From: Nitrospirota bacterium
Lineage (GTDB): Bacteria; Nitrospirota; Thermodesulfovibrionia; UBA6902
Direction: 5' to 3'
NCBI GenBank assembly: GCA_016214845.1
Contig: JACRMS010000028.1
Span: 16,070-80,069, forward strand
DNA length: 64,000 nucleotides
The position numbers and the translations under genes are program-made. Shown in pieces: positions 47,301 to 55,968 of the stretch. Numbering within the stretch: the first letter of the stretch is position 1; each line of letters starts with the position of its first letter. The notes beneath the pieces are model-generated. The model searched no databases, was not told the origin of the DNA, and saw nothing but the letters and a program-made list of their open reading frames with translations.

Positions 47301-50300
47301 GACGCTCGTAGAGTTGCGCGTCGGCCTCCGAGGCATTGAATTGCCGCAGAAGCACCTGGCCATGTGTCCATGCAAGATCAAAGACGCGGTCCGCGAGGCG
47401 ACGATCATGGTATTTCTGCACAAGGCTTAAAGCTGAATCGCGGGATCCGCCTATGCCGGAGACAATGTCTATTGTGACCGATTCTTCCGGTTCCAGCGTT
47501 ATCCGATACCGGATAGAGACGATCGGATCGAGCACTGAGCCCTCACTGCCCGAGAGAGCACCGGTAAAAAAACCTCCCGCGCCGATCATCGCCTGCGGGC
47601 TGGCGACCGTGTTACCGCGGCCGATGAACTGCATGCGGTCCGTCTCGTAGGAGACTTCTCCTATCTCCGCGCCATGAACGGCCATCAGGTGAAACATCCA
47701 TGGTACGTGCTCTCCCTCAGAGCGTGGACGGCGTGTGCAAAGGATCGCACGCTGCATGCTTATGATCTCTGTCTGAACAAAGAGATTGCTGAATGCCGGA
47801 TGCAGTGCGTCAGCGGCTGGCGGCGCAAGGACCACTTCGGCGTAACTCGTAACATCAAGCGCCCTGCGCGTCCGCGCCCGGTTGGTAATGCGGACCCTGC
47901 GCAGTTCAATATCATCCTCAGGTGAAACAGCGATCTCGGTATGTGTGTCATAGTCGTGGTCCCTGCAGCGGAACTCCGCTTTAGACTCTGAGAAGATCGC
48001 TTCGTAAATGTCCGATTTATTGTCCGGCCGTTTCAGCGCAGGCTGATACGCGGTGGACCAGAACTCTCCGCTCGCAACGTCCCGGAGGTAACAGAACGTC
48101 CCCCAGTTGTCGCGGGTACTGTCTTCGCGCCAGCGTGTAACTGCGAGGTCCTTCCAGCGGCTGTAGCCGCCCCCGGCGTTCGTGATCATTACGTGGTATC
48201 TGCCGTTGGAGAGCAGCTGCACTTCCGGGTTTGAGGTATCAGGAGTGTTAAAAACGCGCACGGGCATTTCCGGCCCGATAAAGGCCGCCTGTATTTCGGA
48301 GAGCTCGGAAGTGTGCGAATAGAAAGCCGTGGCCTTCGGCACCCGCTCCTGAAGCAGCAGCATGGTTGCCTGGAACACCGGGTCCGCCTCGAAACGCTTC
48401 TGCATCGGACGGTCAAGCAGCAGATAGGCCAGAGATAGGAGGCTCATTCCCTGGTGATGCGCCATGAAAGACCGGACCAGCGTGTTTGAATGCCCGCGTC
48501 GTTGGCGTGAAGAAGTGTAGTCGATCGCTTCATAGAAGCCGTACCTCCCTTCAAAACCATCAGCGGCGAGACGCTGCAGGTTCAAGCACGCCTCCTCGGG
48601 CGCGATCATCAGCGCGAGAGTCGAGGCATATGGTGCAATGACGAGGTCCTCGGCGAGTCCGCGTTTCAACCCCAGGCCGGGCACGCCAAACGCGCGATAC
48701 TGGTAGTTGAGATGAACGTCGATCATATTGTAGCTGGATTCCGATATGCCCCACGGAACGCCGCGCTGACTTCCATACTCGATCTGCCTGTTTACCGCGG
48801 CCTTATAGGTCTGGTCCAGCAGCGTGTGTTCGTACGTCGGCATCACCAGAAGCGGCATAAGGTACTCGAACATCGAACCGCTCCACGAAAGGAGGATCGG
48901 CTCTCCGCTCGTAGTGGTGAGCAGGCGTCCAAGGGCGAACCAGTTTTCCTGCGGCAGTTGTCCTTGCGCGATCGCTACGAAACTGCACAATCTCGCTTCC
49001 GAGGCCAGCAGATCATAATAACTTGAATCTCTCCTGCGCTCATCAACGTTGTACCCGATGGTCAGCAGATGACGCGTTTCATCATACAGGAAATCATATT
49101 CCATGCGGGAGAGTTCGCCGCACTGCATTGCAAGCCGTTCAATGGACTGAATTCTTGATTTGGCGCGTTCGCTTGCCTCTGCGTCACGATTTGCCAGTTC
49201 GCGCAGCGTCGGTATCTCATCGATACCTTGAACTGTCGTCGGTACAAGGAACGTCAGCTCATCAAGAGCATTCCGGCATTGATCTGCAAAGGCGCGTGCC
49301 CACCAGTTCATTTCGCTGTCTGGAGAGTTGTCGATGCTGCCGATCAGCTCTTCGGCGGACAATGCCAGCCGCTCAAGGGATGACCGCGCTGCCATAAGCG
49401 ATGCAGACGGAAAATTATACAGGGATTCCATATCCTTCTGAAGTTGTGCGAGCCTGGACGGAACAGCTTTTGCTGTAACGTCCGCGAGAATTCTCAGTGT
49501 GTCGTTGAGTCCGTCAAATAATTTTTCTCCCAATATCTTTTGATCGGGAAGTGTGAGCAGTCCTGTCCGTAATGTCAGAAGGTGAGCGGCGAGGTTCCCG
49601 CTGTCTACCGTTGAAATGTAGGTGGGCGGCAGCGGTTTCAGAGACTGAGTGTCATACCAGTTGTAGAAGTGTCCCCGGTGACGTTCCATGCCTTTCATGG
49701 TGCGCAGCGCATTGTCAGTGCGCTCTATGAGTTGTCCGGCTGAAATGTAACCGAAGTCATACGCGGACAAATTCGCGAGCAATGCGAGTCCCATGTTGGT
49801 CGGCGATGTACGATGAGCGACTGAAGCAATGCGATACTCCTGATAGTTATCGGGAGGCAGCCAGTTATCTTCCGGGCCTACGAAGGTCTCGAAGAACGCC
49901 CATGTCTTTCTGGAAAGCTTCCGGAGAAAGATCGTCTGGTCCTCTGTCAGCCTTGCCCGGCTGCGGGCGAGCGGCTGGCTGATCCACCACGCGGTAACAG
50001 GGGAGGAAAACCAGAGACATAATACAGGCACGGCCACTGGTAGAGCGGCCGGATTCGAAAGCGCCAGATAGATCACCGCTGCAAAGGCAACAAGCGGAGC
50101 GGACCACATCGTCCGGCAGAATGCAGCGATATCTCCCGCATTGCTATCATTGCGGTCCCGGCCGCTGTGCGGATTCCACTCCAAAAGCCGTTTGCGCGTG
50201 ATCAGCATTCTCCCGGTTGAACGAACGATCGCATCCAGCGTGAAGAATGCCTCGTAGGGGAGACACACGAGAGTAAATGCGGCCTGAGCAAAGCGCCAGC

Positions 50301-53001
50301 CGGCGGAGCGCACTGCGGCAGTGAGGTGCTGGACCAGAAGTACATCGTCCGGCTTCTGAAGAAGGTCCATGATGGAGGTGATCAAAGAAGGCATCAGTAT
50401 GATGCCGAGTGCCGACAACGTCCAGAACCATGCAGATGGAAGAACAGTCCAGCCCAGCAGCAACAGAAGTGTTAATGCTGAGGGCTCGAGACTGCGCCGG
50501 AGGTTGTCGAATATCTTCCATCGGGAAAGCAGCGAGAGAGGGTTCTTCTGAAAGTTGGTCCTGAGGCCGGGAACTCCCGGCAGCAGCCAGCGAACGATCT
50601 GCCAATCCCCGCGGATCCAGCGGTGACGGCGGCTTACGTCTTCGCTGTAGCAGGAAGGATATTCCTCATATAACTGCACATCGCTCAACAGCCCTGCCCG
50701 CGCATAGCAACCTTCGATCAGATCGTGACTGAGCATAAGGTTCTCAGGGAGACGTCCGCCCAGCGCCTGCTCGAATGAGGCCACGTCATAGATCCCCTTG
50801 CCGATAAATGAGCCTTCCTGGAAGAGGTCCTGGTAAATATCAGATACGACGCGTGTATACGGATCAATGCCCGGATCACTACCGTACATTCTCGCATACC
50901 TGGATAAGTTCGTGCCGGGCAGGCTCACTGCCACGCGCGGCTGAATTATGCTGTACCCGGCAACGGCCCGCTGCCTGCCTTCGTCGTATTGAGGACGATT
51001 CAGCGGGTGGGCCATTGCTCCCACAAGTTCCCACGCTGAATCGCGCGGCAGCAGTGTATCAGTGTCAAGGGTGATCATATATTTCACATCAGACAGGACC
51101 GCAGTATCACCGACTATGAGCGAAAAGCGTTCTTTTGAGACACCCTGTGCTCCGGCATGCAGAAAGGAATTTAATTCCGCGATCTTCCCCCGCTTGCGCT
51201 CGTAACCCATCCAGACCCGCTCCCGGGGATTCCATCGGCGGGGACGATGAAAGAGGAAGAACGTATCGCTTTTTGCATTCCAGTATTTTTTATTGAGCTC
51301 TTCGGTCCTCTTCCGGGCAAGCTGCAGCAGCGGCCCGTCCTCCGGCAGGGTTTCTTCGTCAGCGTCACGGAAATCAGTTAACAGGCAGAAGTGCAGGTTT
51401 TCGTCCCGGTTTGCCAGGAACCTGACCTCAAGCGCCTCGACCAGGGCCTCGATGTTCTTGGCGCTTGTGAGCAGGGTGGGGACTACTGCCAGTGTGCGCA
51501 ATTCCGGGGGGATACCTTTGGAGAAGTCCATTCGCGGCAGAGGATGCGGTGTCAATATCAACGTGGCGATCCAGTTCACCAGCGCAACCGCTAACTGGCT
51601 CGAGCACAGCAAAGCGAGGATACCGGTCAGCGCAAGCAGCCAGTCATGCAGCCCATCGGCATACGCCTTTGCCAGTAAGCTCCCGGTGAAGATCAATGTG
51701 ATCAGAGTGATAGAGCCAAGATATAGGAACAAAGGAAAACGCGAGATAGATTTTCGAAGGGTCTTAAAGACAGATAAGCGCATTTCTGCCCTCTGCTCAA
51801 GCTGTATCAGTCCCTTGTCTATAAGGTAAAAACCGACGTGCGACGTCCGGTCGCCACTGCCTTTCCCGGCCGCGGCCTCGTGCGCCAATTGAATCGCTTT
51901 ACGTGCCACCTCGCTCTCGGACAACCGGCTGTCCTTCGCGATCTTCTCTACAACGTGGCGGTAACGGTCACGAGTAAAAAAATCCATCCTGCCGTAACCA
52001 CCGGCCGGGTCTTCACGAAGTATCCGGTCAACAACGCTCATCGTCTCGACAAACTCGCGCCAGTCCATCGCACCCAGAAAACGGAGGCTGCCGATGCTGT
52101 TGCTTATGGAGACCTGGTCGGCGGCCTGCTGCTGGTTCTCCGACTGCACCAGCTGCTCAACCGTCTGGCCGTATTCGGAGAGCCGCTGCTCGATCCAGGT
52201 AAGCGGTAATGCGAGGGCAGGCCCCTGTCCCTTCAGCCGCCGCGTAAGTTCCGCGACGAACGAACTCACCATCGGCAGGTCTGAGCGCGCCATATCCGCA
52301 ATCACCAGGATCAGGCTCTTCGGGTCTTTCTCCGCGGTCTCCGTCATCCGGTCCGCCCAATGATCAGCGTTGTTCCGGTCGATCCTGTCAGCGGCGATCC
52401 GGGTTGCAACGCGCCGGAGATTCTCGATCAGCGCCAGACGCAGCATGATGGGTATCGCCCACAATTCACCTAACTTCAGGATAGAGACTGTCTGGTAAGC
52501 GTTCACGAAACTGCTGAGGCTCTCCGGATCTACCCGTCCATCGCCATGTGAGATCGTCTCCAGCGCAATGTCATACACGCGCGGAAGACCGGACGACGGA
52601 CCATTAAGCAGCCGGGGCAGTTCCCGGCTGTAGCCCTTCGGCAAATGCCTCCTGGCCGTGCGGATCTGCTCTTCGATCAGATAGAAGTTGTCGAGCAGCC
52701 ATTCACCTGCCGGTGTGATCCTTCGACCGGCCTTTACCGCTTCTGTAAGCAGATTGCGTACATTAAGCAGGACGCTTTCATTCTCATCCAGCCGTGTCAG
52801 GAGATGCTCCGGTGCATGGTCCGTGCTCAACTTATGAGAGCCCGCGAGAAACTTGCCATGCTGCTCCATCTGATCGCTGCTGAACAGTTCCGCGCGAAGC
52901 GGCGGCTCAGTGTCAGGACACTTTTGTGTACGGCTGTTTCCCTGCAGCCTGGCCCGTAAACTGGACAGGTTTTCAAGAACGCTTTTGCTGCTTAGCTTCA
53001 A
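44359..53001 (-). CDS. cgs: Cyclic beta-1,2-glucan synthase-like giant protein (membrane GT84 glycosyltransferase plus GH94 phosphorylase-like domains)
   Basis: About 2900 aa with TM clusters near aa 440-500 and 830-1000. A GT84-like block (ITLDTDTLLPRDSAWELVGAMAHPLNRPQYD...RAVAGYSIIQPRV) is followed by GH94/glycoamylase-like alpha-alpha-barrel regions. The ORF track extends to an ATG at 53070, but a TTG at 53001 is preceded by a perfect SD (AAGGAG at 53012-53017) and lies downstream of the 53023-53052 palindrome. GC is about 60% against about 50% for flanking genes. Confidence 0.75.
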   Translation of the reverse strand: MKLSSKSVLENLSSLRARLQGNSRTQKCPDTEPPLRAELFSSDQMEQHGKFLAGSHKLSTDHAPEHLLTRLDENESVLLNVRNLLTEAVKAGRRITPAGEWLLDNFYLIEEQIRTARRHLPKGYSRELPRLLNGPSSGLPRVYDIALETISHGDGRVDPESLSSFVNAYQTVSILKLGELWAIPIMLRLALIENLRRVATRIAADRIDRNNADHWADRMTETAEKDPKSLILVIADMARSDLPMVSSFVAELTRRLKGQGPALALPLTWIEQRLSEYGQTVEQLVQSENQQQAADQVSISNSIGSLRFLGAMDWREFVETMSVVDRILREDPAGGYGRMDFFTRDRYRHVVEKIAKDSRLSESEVARKAIQLAHEAAAGKGSGDRTSHVGFYLIDKGLIQLEQRAEMRLSVFKTLRKSISRFPLFLYLGSITLITLIFTGSLLAKAYADGLHDWLLALTGILALLCSSQLAVALVNWIATLILTPHPLPRMDFSKGIPPELRTLAVVPTLLTSAKNIEALVEALEVRFLANRDENLHFCLLTDFRDADEETLPEDGPLLQLARKRTEELNKKYWNAKSDTFFLFHRPRRWNPRERVWMGYERKRGKIAELNSFLHAGAQGVSKERFSLIVGDTAVLSDVKYMITLDTDTLLPRDSAWELVGAMAHPLNRPQYDEGRQRAVAGYSIIQPRVAVSLPGTNLSRYARMYGSDPGIDPYTRVVSDIYQDLFQEGSFIGKGIYDVASFEQALGGRLPENLMLSHDLIEGCYARAGLLSDVQLYEEYPSCYSEDVSRRHRWIRGDWQIVRWLLPGVPGLRTNFQKNPLSLLSRWKIFDNLRRSLEPSALTLLLLLGWTVLPSAWFWTLSALGIILMPSLITSIMDLLQKPDDVLLVQHLTAAVRSAGWRFAQAAFTLVCLPYEAFFTLDAIVRSTGRMLITRKRLLEWNPHSGRDRNDSNAGDIAAFCRTMWSAPLVAFAAVIYLALSNPAALPVAVPVLCLWFSSPVTAWWISQPLARSRARLTEDQTIFLRKLSRKTWAFFETFVGPEDNWLPPDNYQEYRIASVAHRTSPTNMGLALLANLSAYDFGYISAGQLIERTDNALRTMKGMERHRGHFYNWYDTQSLKPLPPTYISTVDSGNLAAHLLTLRTGLLTLPDQKILGEKLFDGLNDTLRILADVTAKAVPSRLAQLQKDMESLYNFPSASLMAARSSLERLALSAEELIGSIDNSPDSEMNWWARAFADQCRNALDELTFLVPTTVQGIDEIPTLRELANRDAEASERAKSRIQSIERLAMQCGELSRMEYDFLYDETRHLLTIGYNVDERRRDSSYYDLLASEARLCSFVAIAQGQLPQENWFALGRLLTTTSGEPILLSWSGSMFEYLMPLLVMPTYEHTLLDQTYKAAVNRQIEYGSQRGVPWGISESSYNMIDVHLNYQYRAFGVPGLGLKRGLAEDLVIAPYASTLALMIAPEEACLNLQRLAADGFEGRYGFYEAIDYTSSRQRRGHSNTLVRSFMAHHQGMSLLSLAYLLLDRPMQKRFEADPVFQATMLLLQERVPKATAFYSHTSELSEIQAAFIGPEMPVRVFNTPDTSNPEVQLLSNGRYHVMITNAGGGYSRWKDLAVTRWREDSTRDNWGTFCYLRDVASGEFWSTAYQPALKRPDNKSDIYEAIFSESKAEFRCRDHDYDTHTEIAVSPEDDIELRRVRITNRARTRRALDVTSYAEVVLAPPAADALHPAFSNLFVQTEIISMQRAILCTRRPRSEGEHVPWMFHLMAVHGAEIGEVSYETDRMQFIGRGNTVASPQAMIGAGGFFTGALSGSEGSVLDPIVSIRYRITLEPEESVTIDIVSGIGGSRDSALSLVQKYHDRRLADRVFDLAWTHGQVLLRQFNASEADAQLYERLAGSIIYANSSLRADASILIKNHRGQSGLWGYAISGDLPIVLLQIENIANINLVRQLVQAHAYWRLKGLVVDLVIWNEDHAGYRQLLNDQIMGLIAAGIEANVTDKPGGIFVRPADQISNEDRILFQTVARAIITDSRGSLTDQINRRGPAEITMPLLTPTRTHRSEPPAAAAMPRKDLSFFNGLGGFTPDGREYIITTTPGQVTPAPWVNMLANPHFGTVISESGLSYTWGENAHEFRLTPWCNDPVGDTSGEAFYLRDEERGHYWSPAPLPCRGTTPYVTRHGFGYSVFEHTERGIHSEVWVYSAIDASVKFTVIKVRNESGRPRRLSATGYVEWVLGDLRPKTAMHVITEINSNSGALFARNPYNMEFPGRVAFFDVDDFTRTVSSDRTEFLGRNGTLRNPAAMTRMRLSGKVGAALDPCAAIQVPFDLAEGQEREIIFRLGLGRDTDDAANLVFRFRGPAAARGALDAVWQYWNHTLGAVQVETPDQSVNILTNGWLLYQTLACRIWARSGYYQSGGAFGFRDQLQDMMSLIHAEPGLLRQHLLLCAAHQFKEGDVQHWWHPPSGRGVRTRCSDDFLWLPLAASRYVMSTGDTGVLDELIHFIEGRQVNADEDSYYDLPIRSEQTASLYDHCVQAIMKGLNFGERGLPLIGSGDWNDGMNMVGEHGKGESIWLGFFLYKVLMQFTEIARLREDLPVAELCLKEAAHLRSNIEQNGWDGEWYLRAFFDDGSPLGSAGNSECQIDSIAQSWSVLSGAGDAKRSAMAMEALDKRLVRREHRLIQLLDPPFDKSDLNPGYIKGYVPGVRENGGQYTHAAIWAAMAFAKSGDSRRAWELLTMINPVGHSRSREEVEIYKVEPYVVAADVYAVSPHTGRGGWTWYTGSAGWLYRLIMESLLGLKLEVDKLRFAPCIPAEWESFKVHYRYRETLYHITVLQTHNGSVGSGVTVDGVEQPDNSIPLVDDQQEHMVEVRIHVAEG

Positions 53002-53022
53002 GTTTAAGGTCTCCTTATGAGA

Positions 53023-53052
53023 AGTAGGGGCGTATTGCCATACGCCCCTACT
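53023..53052. promoter_or_regulatory. AGTAGGGGCG...CGCCCCTACT palindrome (variant of 35951-35980) immediately upstream of the cgs-like start
   Basis: agtaggggcgtattgccatacgcccctact. It lies in the 5' leader if the start is TTG 53001, or in codons 7-16 if the start is ATG 53070. Confidence 0.4.
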
Positions 53053-53371
53053 CATTAAATGGAATAGCAATCAGGGTGGTGTTTGACTGTTCCTCCATGG
53101 TGGCCGGTGTTATGTTGTAGTGTTATCATTATAGCAGAATAGCAGATTGCTATCTTGAAAGCTGCGGTCCGAAGGGGCGAACAGCCCGTCCGGCGCTGGT
53201 AGTGGGTCAGTTTGAAATTTGAGGGGAAATTAAAAAGTTATTTACATTCTTCAAGATATTTAAAATAGTCAGAACGACTCATTTTTGCTGTATGCATCAA
53301 GTTAATAATAATATCTTCATCCCGGCGCTGCCCTCTTTGAAATTTCTCGCAATAGAGTTTAATCTATCCTG

Positions 53372-53704
53372 ATGGCAAAACCTGAATTTGAACAGTTCGG
53401 AATAACGAAAGAACAGTTTGATTCCATTTACGCAAAAAAAGAAAAAATTCGGAATTACACTTTCGGGATTAGTTCAGCAGCCGGCATCCTTGCGGGATGT
53501 ATGTACGGCATATACCTGTCGTATGGTGTTTATGAAACTATATTGTTTATTCTCTTCTTCGGCTGCTTCCTCGGCAGTATCTTCGGAGGGGTCTTCACCA
53601 TGATCGTAATTGCGCTGTATGTCTTTCTCCTCTATATCTTCTCCCCGGCCTACAGAAGATGCAGACAATATCTCGCCGCAAAATCCAAAGCGAGGCCAGC
53701 TTAA
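53372..53704 (+). CDS. Small membrane protein (hypothetical)
   Basis: 110 aa with two or three TM helices after a soluble N-terminus. No recognisable family. Confidence 0.3.
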   Translation: MAKPEFEQFGITKEQFDSIYAKKEKIRNYTFGISSAAGILAGCMYGIYLSYGVYETILFILFFGCFLGSIFGGVFTMIVIALYVFLLYIFSPAYRRCRQYLAAKSKARPA

Positions 53705-53860
53705 CATCAGACAATTGCAAGGTTAGCCCCTCTATCTTTTTTTCTTCTTGAAAAGTAAACGGTTACATAGTTATGATATTGCATAACCTAATTTAAACTT
53801 TTTAATCAGAGGGGACTGTTGAATTCAATACTTGCCATGCATATTTTTAATATTAATTAA

Positions 53861-53914
53861 AGTTCCCAAATAGTGAACTTTTAACTTGACATGATAATGG
53901 GAACTTTATTATAT
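53861..53914 (+). promoter_or_regulatory. Putative sigma70-type promoter (TTGACA-17-TTATAT) with two AAGTTCCC-type operator half-sites upstream of higB
   Basis: TTGACA at 53886-53891, then 17 nt, then ttatat at 53909-53914. Inverted repeat agttcccaaatagtgaact at 53861-53879 and gggaacttt at 53898-53906 overlap the -35 to -10 spacer. This is the expected layout for HigA autorepression. Confidence 0.35.
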
Positions 53915-53958
53915 TATTTACATGGAAGGTAGATTTCACAAGTTAATAAGGAAACTGA

Positions 53959-54243
53959 ATGACGTTAGTAGGCCGGGAAAAACTATACCAGTTCATTACC
54001 AAGCATCCAGATACTCGTAGTTTGATAGAGAATTGGATAGCAGATGTTCAAAACGCTAACTGGCAAAACACACAGGATGTCAAGGATCGATATTCAAGCG
54101 CCAGTTTCTTGGCTGATAGAATAGTGATCTTTAATGTAAGAGGTAATAGTTATAGGCTTGAGGTCCAAATTGCTTATAAAACCAAAAAGGTCATTGTGAA
54201 ATGGGCAGGGACACATGCTGAGTATTCAAAAAGATTTAAGTAG
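53959..54243 (+). CDS. higB: HigB-family (YgjN-like) RelE/ParE-superfamily toxin
   Basis: IFNVRGNSYRLEVQIAYKTKKVIVKWAGTHAEYS aligns to E. coli HigB VFNVGGNELRVVAMVFFESQKCYIREVMTHKEYD. Length 94 aa. Confidence 0.75.
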   Translation: MTLVGREKLYQFITKHPDTRSLIENWIADVQNANWQNTQDVKDRYSSASFLADRIVIFNVRGNSYRLEVQIAYKTKKVIVKWAGTHAEYSKRFK

Positions 54244-54258
54244 CTCTAACCAGGACAA

Positions 54259-55464
54259 ATGAAAATGGAACCGAAAATTATTAAAACAGAAATAAATTAC
54301 AAACAAACGCTCGCCGAAGTCGAACGCTTAATCGCGCTCGATCCTGAACCAGGAACTCCGGAAGCGGACCGTTTGGATTTATTTTCATTGCTTGTAGAAA
54401 ATTATGAAAAAGAACATTTCCTCTTCAATTTACCAAGCCCTATAGATGCAATCAACTTTAGAATTGAAGAGCAGGGATTGAAACAAAAAGACTTGATTCC
54501 ATATATTGGCAGCAAAAGCAAGGTTTCTGAAGTATTATCCGGGAAACGGCCTCTGACTATTCAAATGATTAGAGAGCTTCATAAAGGTTTAGACATACCC
54601 GCTGAAGTTTTACTGCAAGATATCCATAAGCCAAAAACAAACAAGTCGTTTGAAAAAGATTGGAATAAATTTCCAGTTAAAGAAATGGTTAAGCGTGGCT
54701 GGATTACCACAAAATATCGTGATTTGGATGCTCATGCAGAAGAGTTAATGAAGCAGTTTTTCGCTCCTCTGGGGGGTGAAATTCCGAGCGTTGCAATTTG
54801 CCGGCGTACAATACACAAAAGGGCTAAGCAAGAGACAGATATGAATGCTCTTTTAGTATGGACCGCCCGCGTAATGATCAGGGCACATGAAGAATGTTGC
54901 CCGTCAGAATTTTTTCCTGGGACTGTGACAAAAGATTTCTTGAGAGAGGTTGCTCGGTTAAGTTGTTTTGATAAAGGCCCATTATTAGCCAAAGAATTTT
55001 TAGAGAAACATGGCATAGCCCTCATTATCGAGCCACATTTACCCAAGACATTACTTGATGGTGGTTCAATGCTAACAGATGCTGGCGGGCCAGTAATAGG
55101 GCTTACTATCCGACATGATCGGATCGATAATTTCTGGTATACACTTGTTCATGAGTTATTGCATGTGGCTAAACACCTGAAGAATGCGGAGGAAATATTT
55201 ATTGATGATCTTTATTCCGAATCCGGGGAAGATCCTAAAGAAAAGGAAGCAGATAGATTAACAAAAGAAACATTCATTCCACGCTCAATATGGATTAGGA
55301 GCGATGCTTATCTTAAAAGAAGTCCTGGCGCGATCATACAACTTGCAAAAGAATTGCGAATTCACCCTGCGATCGTTGCAGGCAGAATTCGTTGGGATAC
55401 AGGGAATTATACGCTTTTCAATCAATTAATTGGACAAGGTGAAGTCAAGAAATTATTCATATAA
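54259..55464 (+). CDS. higA: HigA-type HTH antitoxin fused to an ImmA/IrrE-family (COG2856) zinc metallopeptidase domain
   Basis: N-terminal IGSKSKVSEVLSGKRPLTIQMIRELHKGLDIPAEVLL matches E. coli HigA (IGSKSMVSRVLSGKRKLTLEHAKKLATRFGISPALF). The C-terminal 280 aa carry HEXXH (VHELLHVAKH) and a downstream EADRLTKE, typical of ImmA/IrrE peptidases. Confidence 0.7.
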   Translation: MKMEPKIIKTEINYKQTLAEVERLIALDPEPGTPEADRLDLFSLLVENYEKEHFLFNLPSPIDAINFRIEEQGLKQKDLIPYIGSKSKVSEVLSGKRPLTIQMIRELHKGLDIPAEVLLQDIHKPKTNKSFEKDWNKFPVKEMVKRGWITTKYRDLDAHAEELMKQFFAPLGGEIPSVAICRRTIHKRAKQETDMNALLVWTARVMIRAHEECCPSEFFPGTVTKDFLREVARLSCFDKGPLLAKEFLEKHGIALIIEPHLPKTLLDGGSMLTDAGGPVIGLTIRHDRIDNFWYTLVHELLHVAKHLKNAEEIFIDDLYSESGEDPKEKEADRLTKETFIPRSIWIRSDAYLKRSPGAIIQLAKELRIHPAIVAGRIRWDTGNYTLFNQLIGQGEVKKLFI

Positions 55465-55490
55465 GGATTTAAGAATTTTGGTGAATTAAA

Positions 55491-55853
55491 ATGTTTGACT
55501 ATAATCATTATGTTCCAATACTAAAAGCAAAAGATGGTGAATTCGGTGCGTTATTAGAACTTCCGGAAGAAATCAAGAGCAGAATAACTCCATTAATTGA
55601 TATCTTTAATTCTGAATCCGAAATTTCATTAGAAAAGCGTCTGATTAAAATTGCACATAAAATAGAAACTTCATGGGGAAATACTCGCCCTATTTTTATA
55701 GACCCATTCGGGATTAACTTGAAAGAACGAGTTTTGGGAGGCAAACATCCTTTAACCTTTATTTTTGACCTCTTGAGAAAGCTTAATATCAAGGCTATTC
55801 CATTAACGGGATTTGAGAGAGATGAGGCTCTTATACCTAAAGACTGGCTCTAA
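55491..55853 (+). CDS. Hypothetical protein in the AT-rich islet with higBA
   Basis: 120-aa ORF with a plausible RBS and no recognisable family. Confidence 0.3.
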   Translation: MFDYNHYVPILKAKDGEFGALLELPEEIKSRITPLIDIFNSESEISLEKRLIKIAHKIETSWGNTRPIFIDPFGINLKERVLGGKHPLTFIFDLLRKLNIKAIPLTGFERDEALIPKDWL

Positions 55854-55968
55854 GCTATTGCTGACATCCTCCTCAAAAACCTACTAATACATATCTTGAA
55901 CAACAAGGAGTCTTGCATCTTGAATTCTAAAAAAGATCAAACATATGGAAGCGTGAAAGAGCCATGCT

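Noticed and set aside
44374-52959. About forty plus-strand and alternate-frame ORFs of 60-180 aa inside the cgs-like gene region
   Set aside because: They are nested entirely within one continuous 2.9k-codon reverse-strand ORF with clear GT84/GH94 homology. The region is about 60% GC, where stop-poor frames arise by chance, so they are spurious.
53022-53070. ATG at 53070 as the true start of the cgs-like gene
   Set aside because: Translation from 53070 would pass through a 30-nt conserved palindrome and lacks an SD. TTG at 53001 has a perfect AAGGAG at optimal spacing and coincides with where Cgs N-terminal conservation begins. The feature was therefore given as 44359-53001, with the alternative noted.
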